A DNA stretch of 63,688 nt, filler included, from Octopus bimaculoides (GCF_001194135.2; 5 parts of 5 records of this genome joined end to end with filler, not necessarily neighbours in it), one strand, 5' to 3'. Numbered from the whole stretch's first letter, positions 36,081 through 50,294 are shown. The notes: a model not told the origin generated them from the letters alone. Numbers and translations: made by a program.

Positions 36081-38405
36081 TGATAGACACAGGGGCTTCC
36101 AGCACTACCTACACCAGGCAATTGTTGTAGGCCTCCGTGTTGAGACTGAGGCTGTGTGGCATACCGTCCCAATCACTAGTGATCACTCCAAACATCCTGA
36201 TTTTGATTATATGTTTTATTTGTATGACTCTCAGTACATGCACTGTCCTCAGAATGACAACAAGACAGTTTAAAATTTTCGTATTTGAGCTTCTGGAGTG
36301 AATGCCAATAGGTACAGTATATCGTTTCAAAATTTCTGGTAGAGTGAATGCCGTCATGTTGCCCAACTGACCCTACTGTTCTGTGTAGTTGACAAAATCA
36401 AAAACACACAGTGCGCATGAGTGAAATTAAAAATATAGTATGATGACATTTTACCCATGGTACCCTATATNNNNNNNNNNNNNNNNNNNNNNNNNNNNNN
36501 NNNNNNNNNNNNNNNNNNNNNNTATATATATATACATGATTATATTTATATATACATACGTTAATATCCACTCAGATCCACATTCAAACGTACACGCATT
36601 TAGGTCTGTGATTTTGTGTTCGTGTGTGTATGAATATATGCATGCATGTTTGTAGATACAGATAATTCAGATGCGAAACTGAGCTCTGTCTTATTTTCTC
36701 TGGAAAATATGTTTATGTCGTTTTCAAAACTATTGTTTCACTACATGTAATTTGAAGTTTTTTATTCTTCAGTAAGCTTAAATTTACATAGCTACATTGA
36801 TGTTCTTCAAATTCATCTATAAATTACGTTCGTTTAAATAATATTTCTTCGTTTTGCTTATGATTTACATGTATAACATTTAAACGTGTACATTTATAGT
36901 TCCTGTACCAAGTCGTGCAAAAGTATTTCCTTGAATATATGTTTACACATTTCTGTTTAAATTCATGTAATTTTGATTGGAGAAAGTAACTATTTATTCG
37001 ACAAATGCCTTGAAGATAATATAAATGTTATTGTATAAACAAGATTAGAAATGATGTAATTATAATGTGTTTGACAATAAGCCGAATAGCTATTAAGTTT
37101 CTCGATGAATGTGTAAATAGGACTTAGATTTAGTTGACTTAGAAATCCCCATTGAATTAATTGTTGCAAATTCCGTATTGCCGTGTTTTCAATTGAAGTG
37201 GTGTGCGTCCAGAAGGGATTCTAACTTAATATGCTCAGAACAATAGACATCGTGCAAACTTGCAAAAATCGACGAACACCAACGACTATTATCCGAAAAT
37301 AAACAATTATACTATATCGACAGATGGAGGTAACGGTCAAAACTAAACCCAGGTGTGGGTAGAGGAGAAATGGTAGGATGAGTCCAAGAAATAATAATAT
37401 CTACAATAACCAGATTATTGTCATACCACTCGAGCTTTTATGATTAGATCCTGCTTCCGCTTCAACTGTATTTAGGTCGACAACAAGAATGTTATCTGGA
37501 GCCAAAAGCAAGTGAAGAATATCGGTTTGTCAAGAGGAGTAAACTTAAGTCATTCAAATGCGTAACGATGCGCTGGATGGAGATCCCGGTCAAATTCTTT
37601 GCGTCTTAGTTTGGTGAACATCTATTAAACGAAATCAGAGACGAAGTAACAAGTAACATCACCAGTATCACCCATGAATGGTCCAAGAGAAAGCTACTTT
37701 TAAGCAGAGGTAATAATTGCAAAAAATGTTCCATCTTCTTTTCAACCTTATCGTCTATATTCTTCCATCTCATGTCTGACACGACTAGAGAATCAGATCT
37801 CCTTATGAAAGGGATGAGTCCCAATTATTTAATATCACTTTTGCTGAAAATCTCTCAAGAGTGTTAGACTGGGCACACGATTGCTAGTGATATGTTGTCA
37901 AGATGTGGTTGTTGTAATCCCACCAGTCGTCTACTTCACAGAGCTTCATTGCTATATTGAGGGGCCAGGCAATGAGCTGCATTGCTGCATTGATGAGCCA
38001 GGCAATGAGCTGCATTGCTGCATTGATGAGCCAGGCAATGAAGGCTTGATACACTGACGTTCACAGGAAAATACTGACCTGAGAAAGAAACAAGAAACTG
38101 TTCTCCGACAATTTTCCGGGCCGAAGATCATATATGACGGATTTCCACACATACCACAAATCGTATTCCCACTTTCTAGAGAATCATTTATTCTTTGGTG
38201 TATTTTGGCTTTTTCTTTGTAATAATTTTTTTTATGATAACGTACTTCATCTTGTCCTTCCCAGTTCCCGCAGCTTTTTTGTAAAAACTCGGTCATCAGC
38301 ATCACTGTTGTTGTTGCAGCGGCGGTGATGGTGGTATTGGTAGTTTTGCAGCTGCGACTGCTGTTGTCATTTTAGCTGTTATTCTGTTCCTCATTAATGT
38401 TATTG

Positions 38406-38477
<72 letters not shown>

Positions 38478-38539
38478 AAAATATGTCACACTTATTCGGT
38501 AGCCATGATAAAACTCCGAGTTTCGGATGCCGGGGCCTT

Positions 38540-38690
38540 ACGGAGGAAAATTTCAAGGCCAGATTCAATAATCATACCTTGAGTTTCAGGCACTGGGAAA
38601 AAAGGAAAACGACCAAATTATTCAGTCATATATGGTCATTAAAACATACAGGTGTCAGTTACAACATCCATTGGAAGATCTTGTATCTAC
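38540..38690 (+). mobile_element. Penelope-like element GIY-YIG endonuclease fragment
   Basis: GLTEENFKARFNNHTLSFRHWEKRKTTKLFSHIWSLKHTGVSYNIHWKIL matches the PLE endonuclease pattern. Confidence 0.85.
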
Positions 38691-38745
38691 TATTTTATTC
38701 CTTGATAAACTGAATTCCCTGTCTACATTAGTCATATATACACAC

Positions 38746-38826
38746 TTTGTCTCTGATGACAGAATACCTAGTGTATGAAGATGCTAATCTATCACTTGGA
38801 ATATCTCAAAAACAGCTGTAAGATGT
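38746..38826 (+). ncRNA. Degenerate minimal type-I hammerhead ribozyme (PLE-associated), probably inactive
   Basis: tgtct-CTGATGA-c-stem II (agaatacctagtg / cacttggaatatct)-cAAAAAC (consensus CGAAAC)-palindromic ACAGCTGT-GTA-agat. Confidence 0.55.
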
Positions 38827-41800
38827 CAAGGATATATATCTTAGAAGAACAGAATGGAGTGAGTGGAGCATGTGCACACATGCAAACGAAAAGTGCTGCT
38901 GAAGAAGTTACAGACGTGTGACGAAAGATTTCCGGACAATAGACATGAGTTAAAATTTTACAAAAAAGAAGAATAAAACGAGAGAAGAACAAATATATAC
39001 TGCATGTCTATACAAATAAAAAACAGAAAAAAGAAAAAAAAGACTGTCCCGAAATAGAACAATATCTATTTGAACGGACGATTTCACAGTAGGAATCTTG
39101 CAAAACAAATTGATAAACGTGCATTTATATATACATGTATGTATATATANNNNNNNNNNNNNNNNNNNNNNNNNNNNNNNNNNNNNNNNNNNNNNNNNNN
39201 NNNNNNNNNNNNNNNNNNNNNNNNNNNNNNNNNNNNNNNNNNNNNNNNNNATATATGTATATATATTGACCTTAAAGAAGAAAGTTACCGTTTTGAATAT
39301 AACGCATCAGACATATTAAAAGTCAAATGAAAATACACAAAATATTAAATTTTACACAGTTGAATTAGAAGCACGATGAAATTTAACGAATATGAAACTA
39401 CAGAGTAGATATCTTGCCAACATCAACAACGAAGACTAATACATGCTTGTATATGTATCTGAAGATACATACACGAATAGTTAGCATTGCATTTTTTCAG
39501 TCATCGTTCCAAAATAATATCAATCTGCCAATATGTGATATTGTACCAATCGGTAGAATTCCAGGTTTTATGTCTTTTATCGAACTGAGTTCAGCAGCAA
39601 AATCAAAACCAAAAGCGAAAAAATAACAAAACTGTATTAATTTGTCACTTTAGCATATCTGCTAATCTTACCTCCTTCGTCATCTCCACCATCAACACGA
39701 CAATAATAGTTGAAGAGAATAAGTGTAAATCTACAGTTGCCGGGTTTACCGACGATGTCCGCCAGATATGAGAGATCACAAGATTTACGAAATTAAAATA
39801 AATAAAATAAACATGACTACGAAATCTGAGTGGAGCGTAGACATTAATGATACGGGAATCTTTCAGGAGAAACACGCAACTTAAAAGTGTCGAATACAAA
39901 ATATATCAACAAAACAGAGGAACGTAGGTGAAGAGAATATATGGCACGAAGTAACTAAACAATAAAAAAGAAACAGAAAATAGCAAGTCAAACATAATTT
40001 AAATGTTACAACCGACGGAGAAACGACTCAAAACAATGACACACCAACATCAGTAAAAAAACCACAATCATCATCATCGCTGTCCTCATCGTCATCATCA
40101 TCATCATCCTCATCACCATCAAAACCATCACAAATATTAATAGCATGGACAAATAAAACGACATAAACACCAGCCAATCACGTACTTCACCCAAATGTTG
40201 TACAACAGTAGCAAATTATCATCATAAATCTGACTGCCATAAACAAATACAGCACATTAATGAAACACATTTAGTAAAACACAAAATTGTCAAGAAGGTA
40301 TTAATCATACAACCAACTAGATTAACAACACACATAAATATCACCCAGAAAACACAAACCATTTGATAAAACCCCGAAGCGGTACGAGACATCTGGCCGT
40401 CGGAAATATGCACACCTCATCACAGGAACATCATAGCAAAAGAAACCACTGACAGCGGAATAAATAGCAGCATCNNNNNNNNNNAGAAACCACTGACAGC
40501 GGAATAAATAGCAGCATCATCAAAAAAATTGAAACTTACCTCAACAACCATATCACCAACAAAAGCAAGTAACAGATAAACGAATTAGTAACTAATGTAA
40601 ATAAATACTTCAGTCTTCGTATCCAAGATTGCCTGACTGAGAATTGACCTGTGATCACTTTGCAAGCAGGTTCACTGGTTCCATTACCTCCAGGTCAATT
40701 GTTAAGTGAGCGAGTGTGGACGAGATCAGACTTCAGGACATGGTGAAATGTCCTACAAAGGCGAATTAATGTGGGACAATTTAGATTTAACAAGGAAATA
40801 ACAATAGAGAAAATCAGATTAGACAATGACCAAGCCAGATACTTAGGTGTGAGGCTCATCAATACATCTTACTTGGGTGCTATAGGTGAGGTTTGGTAAA
40901 TTCTTCAATGCTATGCACGAATCTTGCAATATCAGAGCACGTACTTTATATCACGATGGTGTTAAATCATCTGATGACCCAACTGTTGGAGGCGCAACTG
41001 GACAACAGCGATACGTTTTAGTCATTGATCACGATAACGTGTTTTATACGAGCGCACACCGTTGTCTGTTCTTTTCGATAGCAATGCTCCCGTCCATATT
41101 TGAAGAAACAAAGTATAGAATGGATCTGTGTAATGAGAGCTCCTGTGAAAAGTCGCTAACAGCCACACATAAAGTGGAAGCGCGATTAAGCTGCACATCA
41201 GAGAAATTGGTCGTTACGCACCTGTACAATAGTGTAGGACAGCCAACCTCTGGAGTTTTGAGGATCGACATCTACCACGTGCAGGACATATCAATCGATC
41301 GGCTGAAGCCTTAGATATTGAAGATCTTTTTTTTATAATCCTTGCTGTTTCGAGTAAAGCAGATTCCTGAAGAAATGCAAGTCAAATTTTGGCGCAATCT
41401 CAATAAGGAAACGTATAAAAAATGGGATTATTTTGGTGAAAATCCTCCAAAGTATTTGTATTTCCTAAACCAAATTCTGATATTTTCTTCTTTTCTCCTG
41501 ATCGTTGACCGCTACATTCATGCTCAAGATGTAACCACATCTTTGATAATGCACTCCTTATACAACTTGTTGAGAACGATGTCTGGTCACCTTGCATGAA
41601 ATTTGTGATCAGTCTATACATTAAAATCCCGTAAGGCCTTAAATGTGGTCTCAGTTATAAAATTTGGCTGATGATGCTACTTTGTTCCTGCTTTAAATAC
41701 TCTTGTCGTATCGTTATTACTTTTATTCTTGTTCTTTTTGTTACACGTTTTGACATATTACAATTCAAAGAGATTTTTAATACGATGTTTTTGCTTATCA

Positions 41801-42779
41801 AAATTACACCAACGATAGCAGTTTATATGATTAGAAACATGCGTTTAAACAGTTTATGTGATGTATGTTAAATGTATTCACTCTACCTCTCTAACTCTAT
41901 TTTGTATGTTAATGGGATGAATTATTAATAACTGAAATTGTTTTCAACGCTGTTATTTATAACAGGAAACGTTTTGTCTTATATATTATGTATAATTTAG
42001 GAAATGTATGCTGTAGTTGCGAATCAAAAAGGAATGAATTGCCAAATGATATGATTTGTTTCTGATGTTATAACATAGCTGTGCGTTGTAACTGTAAATA
42101 TATCATAGAGGAAATTCCAGGAATAAAAATGCTCAAATCAAAATTGCATATATACACACGTAAACACCTGCACCGATTACTTGGTGACACAACAGTGATG
42201 AAAGCGGATATGCTATAGAATATTCCCTAAAGGATTTAGGCACGAAAATAACACGTTTCATTTGTTTATCGGTATCGTCTATCACAGACTGATATTTGAT
42301 ATGCTTGACTGGATATTCCAATATATAATTTTATACACCAGCGAAGATTGTTTTTAGACAATATTACAAATAAGATCAAATTACTAGCATTTTCATTTCC
42401 AAGCTTAAATATATCAAACTTGAATTTGACACAATCGTCTAAGAGCTTCTTTGATTCAACGGCTTCGTTCATTTTTAATCTCAATACTTAGTGATACATC
42501 CATACATATACTAATACAAATACAGAAACACTCAGAATTACTCACCTGTACATATGACCGCGAATGCGCCTACACACAACGCGGGTGTACCCTCTACATG
42601 CACATGGAGGTATGCATGCTGATTAGTCTATACTGTATGTAGATACGTAAGGAATTAAGTGAAAGCATTTGAAATAAGTTCTCATTCTCTTTTTCATCCT
42701 GGGTGACTTCAGTTAATTTAATAGGGTGGAAGGTGGTGGGTTGTGGATTTCTGAGTTTGTTGTTGAGATGTCGGATAAC

Positions 42780-45100
42780 CCACCAGCTCCATACAAATAA
42801 ACCCAAAATACTAACTGACCCCCTTAAGAACACAAACCTTGATATCAACAACTATAATTCCACTACTAACACCTTATCTTTAAATTTACCATAACGCCCA
42901 ACAACATCTCTTGCAAAAATAGAGAAAGACACCGGGTGCAATAATTATCGTATAACATAACCCCACAACACCACCCTCCACTCTTTAGCAAATACTAATC
43001 TTAACGCCAGGAATAATAACGAACCCCGCCTTTCCAATAACCTTCACGACTACTATATTTTAAACTGACAATTTACCTTTCCTTTAGTTCCTTATTGTCA
43101 TTTACATACTTCTCTGTATTTTTCCTTACCATTTGATGCTAATATCGATATAATATTAGCAGCCTGCCGTAATATAATACTATTCAATGGGATATCCACG
43201 GCACGCAAGGATACACACACATTTTTCGATATCCCTATATAGCCCAGAGACTTTCCTCAAATTACTGACCTTGCAGGCTATTACATACTTAACGGTCTCC
43301 ATGAACACTTTCCTTATTTCTTTGGTGGTTTGTACAGAGATGATGCTCTGTTCACAATCCAAAATTCTAGCAACCGGATAATCGAACCTACAAGAAGATT
43401 AAAAAAAAAAAAACATCGGCCTATGTATATGTTTCTGTATCAACGTTAAAACTGCTAATGTGTTGGACTACATCCTAGAATTACAAAACCAAACCATCTA
43501 CCCATACTACAAACCTGGGGTAAGACCTCCTCTACGTGAACTTCCTCTCCAACCACTCTCCTCCGTCTTACAATCTGTTATGAAAAGCGTTTCCAACCGG
43601 ATTTTCTCAGTACCTGCGAATAGTGTTTTATTTGATTAATATGCTGAATATTACAATAGTGCCCTACAAAGTGCAGGATATGAAAACTCAATCGGATACA
43701 TCCACATATGAGATATTCCTCTCTCCACTAAACCTGTAACTGAAACCACTTCTGCATTCCCATAGAGTAAACATATACCCCTTATTCCACCTCTCCAATA
43801 CACGTCTAAATTTCAGAGTAACAGACGACCTAACAAAAACCCTCCTACCAAATGACTCCCAAATCTTATATACATCCCAACTCACCGAAAGACACCACCG
43901 TACACCTCCAACACACTATGCTCACCCAGTTAATCCCGCTAGTCGGATTAAAGAAACAAGAACCCGGGACGTTGTCTGGTTCCACCCCCTCTTTACCCTT
44001 AATATTCAAACTCGACTATCTAAACTCTTCTTTGCCCTACTCAAACAATATTTTTCTACCTCGTTGGGAAAAATATTTAACTACCAGCCAATAAAATTGA
44101 CCTACTCAATCTCCATCAACATTCTTAGCAACAAGAAACTCAGAAATCGATAACCTGCTGAGCTCCACCCTAATAAATTAGCTCAAAATAATCCCTAGCT
44201 CCATACAAATAAACCCAAAATAATAATAGACCCCCGCCTTAATAACATTTAACCTCAAAACTACAAGTATATTTCCACTACAAACACACGGTCCATAAAT
44301 TTTGCGCAACGCCGAATTATACCTCTTGCAAAAATAGAGAACAACTTACAAGTTAACATCGGGCACAACAGATATCATAACATACAACCCCACAGCACCA
44401 CCCTCAACTCGTTAAAAATACTAACCTTAATGCCAGCAATGATAACGTACCAAATGCCAGTTCCTCACTAAATAGCAATCCTCTCACAAGTTCCTCCGGA
44501 TCATCTCTTATAAACGTATGCAGCTTCAGACGCCTCATATCCTGTCCTTTAGATAACCGCTGTCTCACAAAACACATTGTAAGCGGACAGTATCGACTGC
44601 CAACTGTAACTAAATATATATTGGCTCATGTAGCACTACCTTAAAAGCAAGTGTGAACAAAGACTACTTCAATTTCAAGTTCATACAAAATTGAACAGTA
44701 CATCGTTATCTCAGCTTATCAATTAACTGAATATTAATTCAACACCTTACACTCTCTAGTGGTTCATGCCAAGCCATACGGCAACTATAATGACAAGCGT
44801 GATCTCTGCATAGACGAAGTCTTAGATATTTTGAAATCCACGGATTGTCTTATTGAACACCGGAGTATAATTTTAACCTGCAAACTTCGATCACTGGATA
44901 TATTCTCAAATTACAAATACCAGCAACCCCATCCCGCCTTTGCCTAGCGTTCATAATGTTTTTCCTCTTATCTACTCTCACTACCACTATGTATTAAAAA
45001 GCTACAATATACCTTCCTTTTAATTCCTTATTGTCAATTACTTCTCTCTGCACATTTCCTAACCATCTCCCTTCGTAAACTTATAAGTACATACGCCAAC
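42780..45100 (+). mobile_element. Decayed Penelope-like retroelement (RT plus GIY-YIG) with an upstream duplicate of its 3' region
   Basis: FGGLYRDDAL at 43321-43350; YPYYKPG, YYNSALQSAGY, RTRDVVWFHPLF, CPLDNRCLTKHIV, YIGSCSTTLK, AKPYGNYNDKRDLCIDE. Many frameshifts. Confidence 0.85.
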
Positions 45101-46329
45101 ATACACCTTTATTACTTCATACTGTAAACACGCTCACCATACACAATATACATTCTTCAGCTGAAAACCAGTAGTAGTCACCACGATGCTTCACCATTCT
45201 CGCTTGCTTTCTTCATGCATATATGTGTGTTTTCCCTCTTGACCAAAAACGTTTCCCCCACCCCTCTTCCATCCATATTATTATCTGTTTTTCTAATACC
45301 ACTCCCCTTACCAATTTCTGTGATTCGGCCAAAACAGCTCTATTGAATCATAGCGGTCAAATAATCGTACTTAAAATTTTTCATTCTATCTTGCTTTCTT
45401 CATGCACATATTTTTCTCCCACTTGATCAAAAATATTTCCACACCCACTTCTCTCCACATTATCATTTAAAAAAAATATCACTCCGCAAGCTAATTTCTG
45501 GAATTCTGCCACAATATCCTAGCGGTCAAACGAAATTGCTTAAATTCCACATTCTGCTCATTCCTTTGTATTTTTATTTTTTCCTTTCTTTTAATCGTTA
45601 TATCTCTCTACATTTATATTCACATGTCATATTATACTCGCTACACATTCTGATTGAATCTTCCTTTTGTTAACATGTATCTTCTTGAGACATTGTAACT
45701 TTTATTTAAACAAAATATGCTTAGGCTGAAGAGTAGTTTTCGGTATACACCTTGCTTGGATATTCACTATTTCTGGATATTTCTTGGATATTTACCATTT
45801 CAGAGGTTGACCGGTATCTTAACTACACCAGTCCCAAACTCTTACATATATATATATATATATATAATACATTTCTAAATCTCTCAGAGAGATTTATGCA
45901 GTAATGATACGATGAAGTAGTTGTATGCTGTCAACTTAATGTGACAGTCCCCTGAAGGGAATAATATTACAGTTGGTTAGACCTAGGACGCTGCACCGCT
46001 TCCTGTCGGCCTTGACACATTTCCTGTGTCCTTATGTTTACAAGGGGGAGACAACCACCTCCACCCAGCTAAGCCTATATATATATATATATATATATAT
46101 NNNNNNNNNNNNNNNNNNNNNNNNNNNNNNNNNNNNNNNNNNNNNNNNNNNNNNNNNNNNNNNNNNNNNNNNNNNNNNNNNNNNNNNNNNNNNNNNNNNN
46201 NNNNNNNNNNNNNNNNNNNNNNNNNNNNNNNNNNNNNNNNNNNNNNNNNNNNNNNNNNNNNNNNNNNNNNNNNNNNNNNNNNNNNNNNNNNNNNNNNNNN
46301 NNNNNNNNNNNNNNNNNNNNNNNNNNNNN

Positions 46330-46370
<41 letters not shown>

Positions 46371-46469
46371 TCTTCTTTCATTTACTGGTTTCAGTCCAGG
46401 GCTGAGGTCATGCTGGTGCACCACCTGTAGTTGCTTGGTAACGTGTCCGGTATTGTTTTGGTGAAGTAG

Positions 46470-47794
46470 CGAGTAAGACGGAGCTGCTATTCTTTACGTT
46501 TCCTGCCGCGATGTAGGTTCATCTGGTATTTCAGACAGGAACCTGTCCAAACGTTCCTTGAAAACTTCCTCATTAACACCATGTAAATCTCTAAGGTTGC
46601 TGGGAAGGTTTCTGAACAATTTCGAGCCCTTGAAACCCAGCCTATTGCAGTACTGTGTCCTTACTTTAGATGGGAAAGACGGGATTTTTGGTATGATTCA
46701 GTTCCATCCAATTCGAGCATTGTTATAGCTGTCAATTCCAAAATTGAGAGCTAAACCCTCCAAGATCTTCCAAATATATATCACTGCATAACTTTTTCGT
46801 CTTCTCTGCATGGAAGAGAGTTTCACCTCCTTTCGCCTGTCTCAGTAGCCCATCTTTTGCATCGACTCGATCTTCTTTGTGTATTCGCGCTGGATTACTT
46901 CACGTTCCACACTCTCTGGGGACCAAAGTTGAGAGCAGTAGTTCAAATGACTGAAAAGAAATGTCTTCCATAGGAGTAGCAGTGTCTCCTTTTTCCTGGT
47001 TCTGCATGTCCTCAGAATTCATCCAACCACTCGCCTGCATGGTGTTGCCATCTTGGTAATATGCACATAGATTGTTGCATTATTGCTCATGTTACCCCCC
47101 CCCCCGCAGGTCACGCACAGACTCTGACTCTGGGATCGTATTACCTCCCGGTCCAGTTTATTCAGATTTTAGCCTGGTGTTGAGCCGATATTGAAGTGCA
47201 TAAATTTTCATCGCATTGAACTCCATGTTATTTTTGTTAGGCCATTTGAAGATTTCTTTCACGCCTTTCTGCAGTTTCATGATGCCCTCTGGGTTCCTAG
47301 CTGCCTGCGATACTTTTGTGTCGTCAGCAAAACTGGTCAGATTGGCTGACTGCACCGCAGAGGGCATGTTTGAGAGGATCACCCCAAAGAGTAGTGATCC
47401 CAGTACAGTTTACTGTGGGACTCCGCCGAGAATTGGTGTCTGTTCAGAGTGGGCACCATTGGTTACAACTGTCTGACTCATGCAGTCACACTGCCAGTTT
47501 CCTGGTAATACCAAGGTTTCGCAGCCTATGGCATATGCCATGATCAACTTTGTCGAAGCCCTTGGCAGGTTCGAGGTATATCACGTCTAGAGCTAACTGG
47601 TTTAGCCGTTGCTTCAGCCAAAGTAATGTAGCAAATGTGTGAGGCAGCTCTTTCATGAACTGAAGTCATCTTGCGTGTTTGTGAGAAGGTAGTTTTCTTA
47701 CTGGAATGAGATCAGCATTTTCTGGCAATGCGTTCCATTGCCTTCTTAACATGTGAGATCAGAGAGATAGGCCTGCAGTTTTTAACATCTGCTA
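46470..47794 (-). mobile_element. CR1-clade LINE RT/3' fragment, cut by a scaffold linker
   Basis: VIYLEPAKGFDKVDHG, LTSFADDTKVS, NNMEFNAMK, SHLNYCSQLWSP, QRRRKSYAVIYIWKILEGL, FKERLDRFLSEIPDEP. Confidence 0.9.
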
Positions 47795-47944
47795 NNNNNN
47801 NNNNNNNNNNNNNNNNNNNNNNNNNNNNNNNNNNNNNNTTAATTAATTAANNNNNNNNNNNNNNNNNNNNNNNNNNNNNNNNNNNNNNNNNNNNTGTATG
47901 TATATATGTGTGTGTGTATGTATGTATGTATGTATGTATGTATA

Positions 47945-48620
47945 GGCGGTGGCGTGGCTATGTGGTAAGGAGTTTATGTCTCAGCTGCATGATTCCGGCT
48001 TCGGTTCCACTGCTTAGCACCTTCGGCAAGTGTCTTCTGCTATAGCCACGGGCCTACCAATCCTTGTGGGTGGATCTCCTCTTATCATTGTGATAAATAA
48101 ATATATGTAAACCACGGTTTACATAATTATTTCACAGTTGAGTATTAACTGCAATGTTCAATATTCTTTGGATTGGTAATGAACCAGGAATTTTATAGGG
48201 TTTTGCTATCCCTTAATGAGGTTTGTAACCTTATTTGTCCCCTATGGCCCCGCCACATTTAGGTGGTAAATATACTTCACAAATTCCGTGCTGCAATTGT
48301 TTCCTTCTTGCGCTCAGGGATTTATTATTGCTTGTTTCTTCGCAAATACTAATCAGACACAGACAGTGTGTCGTTAGCCAGCTGGAGGAGATGTCTTCCA
48401 GAGATGTATGTATGTATGTATATGTCTGTATTTGTGTGTCTTTGTCCCTCCACCATCGCTTGACACAACCGATGTTGATGTATTTACGGCAAAAGACACC
48501 GATAGAATAAGGACCAGGCTTACAAAGAATACGTTCTGGGGTCGATTTGCTCGACTAAATGGCGGTGCTCCAGCATGGCCGCAATCAAATGAATGAAACA
48601 AGTAAAAGATCGAAAGAATA
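47945..48620 (+). mobile_element. SINE family A interrupted by about 330 bp of unrelated sequence
   Basis: Head at 47945-48075 and 3' part at 48400-48620. Confidence 0.7.
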
Positions 48621-49157
48621 ACAGAATACGCTCATATTCGAATCAACACATTTACAGTGAAACACACACACACGAATCACATTGGAATAATAATTTTTTA
48701 TATTTTTACACATATTATGCATATTTTTCCTAATTTATATATATATATATCTATATATATATATGTGTGTGTGTGTGTGTTTGTCTTTTTTCTTGTTATT
48801 TTCGTCTTCGTTGATGCTATTGATGGCGGTGGTGTTGGCGGTGCTGGTTCCCCTTGTTGTTTTTTCAAGCTGTTTCCCTCATGTTTTTCCGAAAGTGTTT
48901 TGAAGATACTTCACTTTAGCATGTGTGCCGCCTTCATCAAAAGAACCAGCCCTGCTCTTCAAACACACACTTCAAGTACGGCTCTATTTTCGCAGTATGT
49001 ATATATGCATGCATGTATGTATGTATGTATGTATGTATGTATGTATGTATGTATGTATGTATACACATATATTCACTAAACACCTCCCTACACATGTACA
49101 CATACGCACACACATGCGTATTAATAGTCAAATACATGTATTCATATACATATACCC

Positions 49158-49194
<37 letters not shown>

Positions 49195-49968
49195 CATATA
49201 TATACATACATACGCATATATATATGGGCATACGTAAAACTTATACGAAAAACCTATGCATATATATACATGAATGTATATATATATGGTATATATATAC
49301 ATGTACTTATATATTTATATATATATCTCATGTGTATGTGTGTCTGAATTTATAGTATTGCATATATGATNNNNNNNNNNNNNNNNNNNNNNNNNNNNNN
49401 NNNNNNNNNNNNNNNNNNNNNNNNNNNNNNNNNNNNNNNNNNNNNNNNNNNNNNNNNNNNNNNNNNNNNNNNNNNNNNNNNNNNNNNNNNNNNNNNNNNN
49501 NNNNNNNNNNNNNNNNNNNNNNNNNNNNNNNNNNNNNNNNNNNNNNNNNNNNNNNNNNNNNNNNNNNNNNNNNNNNNNNNNNNNNNNNNNNNNNNNNNNN
49601 NNNNNNNNNNNNNNNNNNNNNNNNNNNNNNNNNNNNNNNNNNNNNNNNNNNNNNNNNNNNNNNNNNNNNNNNNNNNNNNNNNNNNNNNNNNNNNNNNNNN
49701 NNNNNNNNNNNNNNNNNNNNNNNNNNNNNNNNNNNNNNNNNNNNNNNNNNNNNNNNNNNNNNNNNNNNNNNNNNNNNNNNNNNNNNNNNNNNNNNNNNNN
49801 NNNNNNNNNNNNNNNNNNNNNNNNNNNNNNNNNNNNNNNNNNNNNNNCCCCCACCTCCCAACACCATCACATCACACCACGCTAGTGTACGTGGGCCAGA
49901 TCACGTATGTGTGGTCGTTTGTACATCCACATCTATTAGCGGTTGTATCGAATACTTTTTTCGCTGTA

Positions 49969-50001
<33 letters not shown>

Positions 50002-50294
50002 TGTATTCTGGATCTGATATTTGTTATAGAACTTCTATAAGAATGAAGCTGTATACCTTAATTCGCCATTTATATATATGTACGAAAACCAAAAAGAAAT
50101 CTTGCGAGTTCATTTTTAACGAGATACCTCTTGAAAATCACTCGAGAAGACACACCTACACCGAGGGATGCATCAGATGTTCAGCGTCCCACCCGTGAAT
50201 AAATGATACTAGATGGGTCGAAATACTTGTAGTGATCAATGAACATTCTCGTATCTTCCGTCTCTCCCATTTATCAAATATCTATATCTATATA

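Noticed and set aside
39480-39760. Possible minus-strand exon pair (..IIVVLMVEMTKE|FDKRHKTWNSTDWYNITYW..)
   Set aside because: Only one good donor/acceptor pair, no recognisable family and no further exons.
40441-40518. 34-bp exact direct repeat flanking a 10-N gap
   Set aside because: Typical unmerged contig overlap; assembly artefact.
40965-41030. Second hammerhead-like string CTGATGA..ctgttg/caacag..CGATAC..GTC
   Set aside because: GAAA box mutated, stem II offset by 5 nt with a competing hairpin, and no PLE coding sequence recognised nearby.
45725-45800. CTGAAGA hammerhead-like start downstream of the Penelope element
   Set aside because: No GAAA box or consistent stems.
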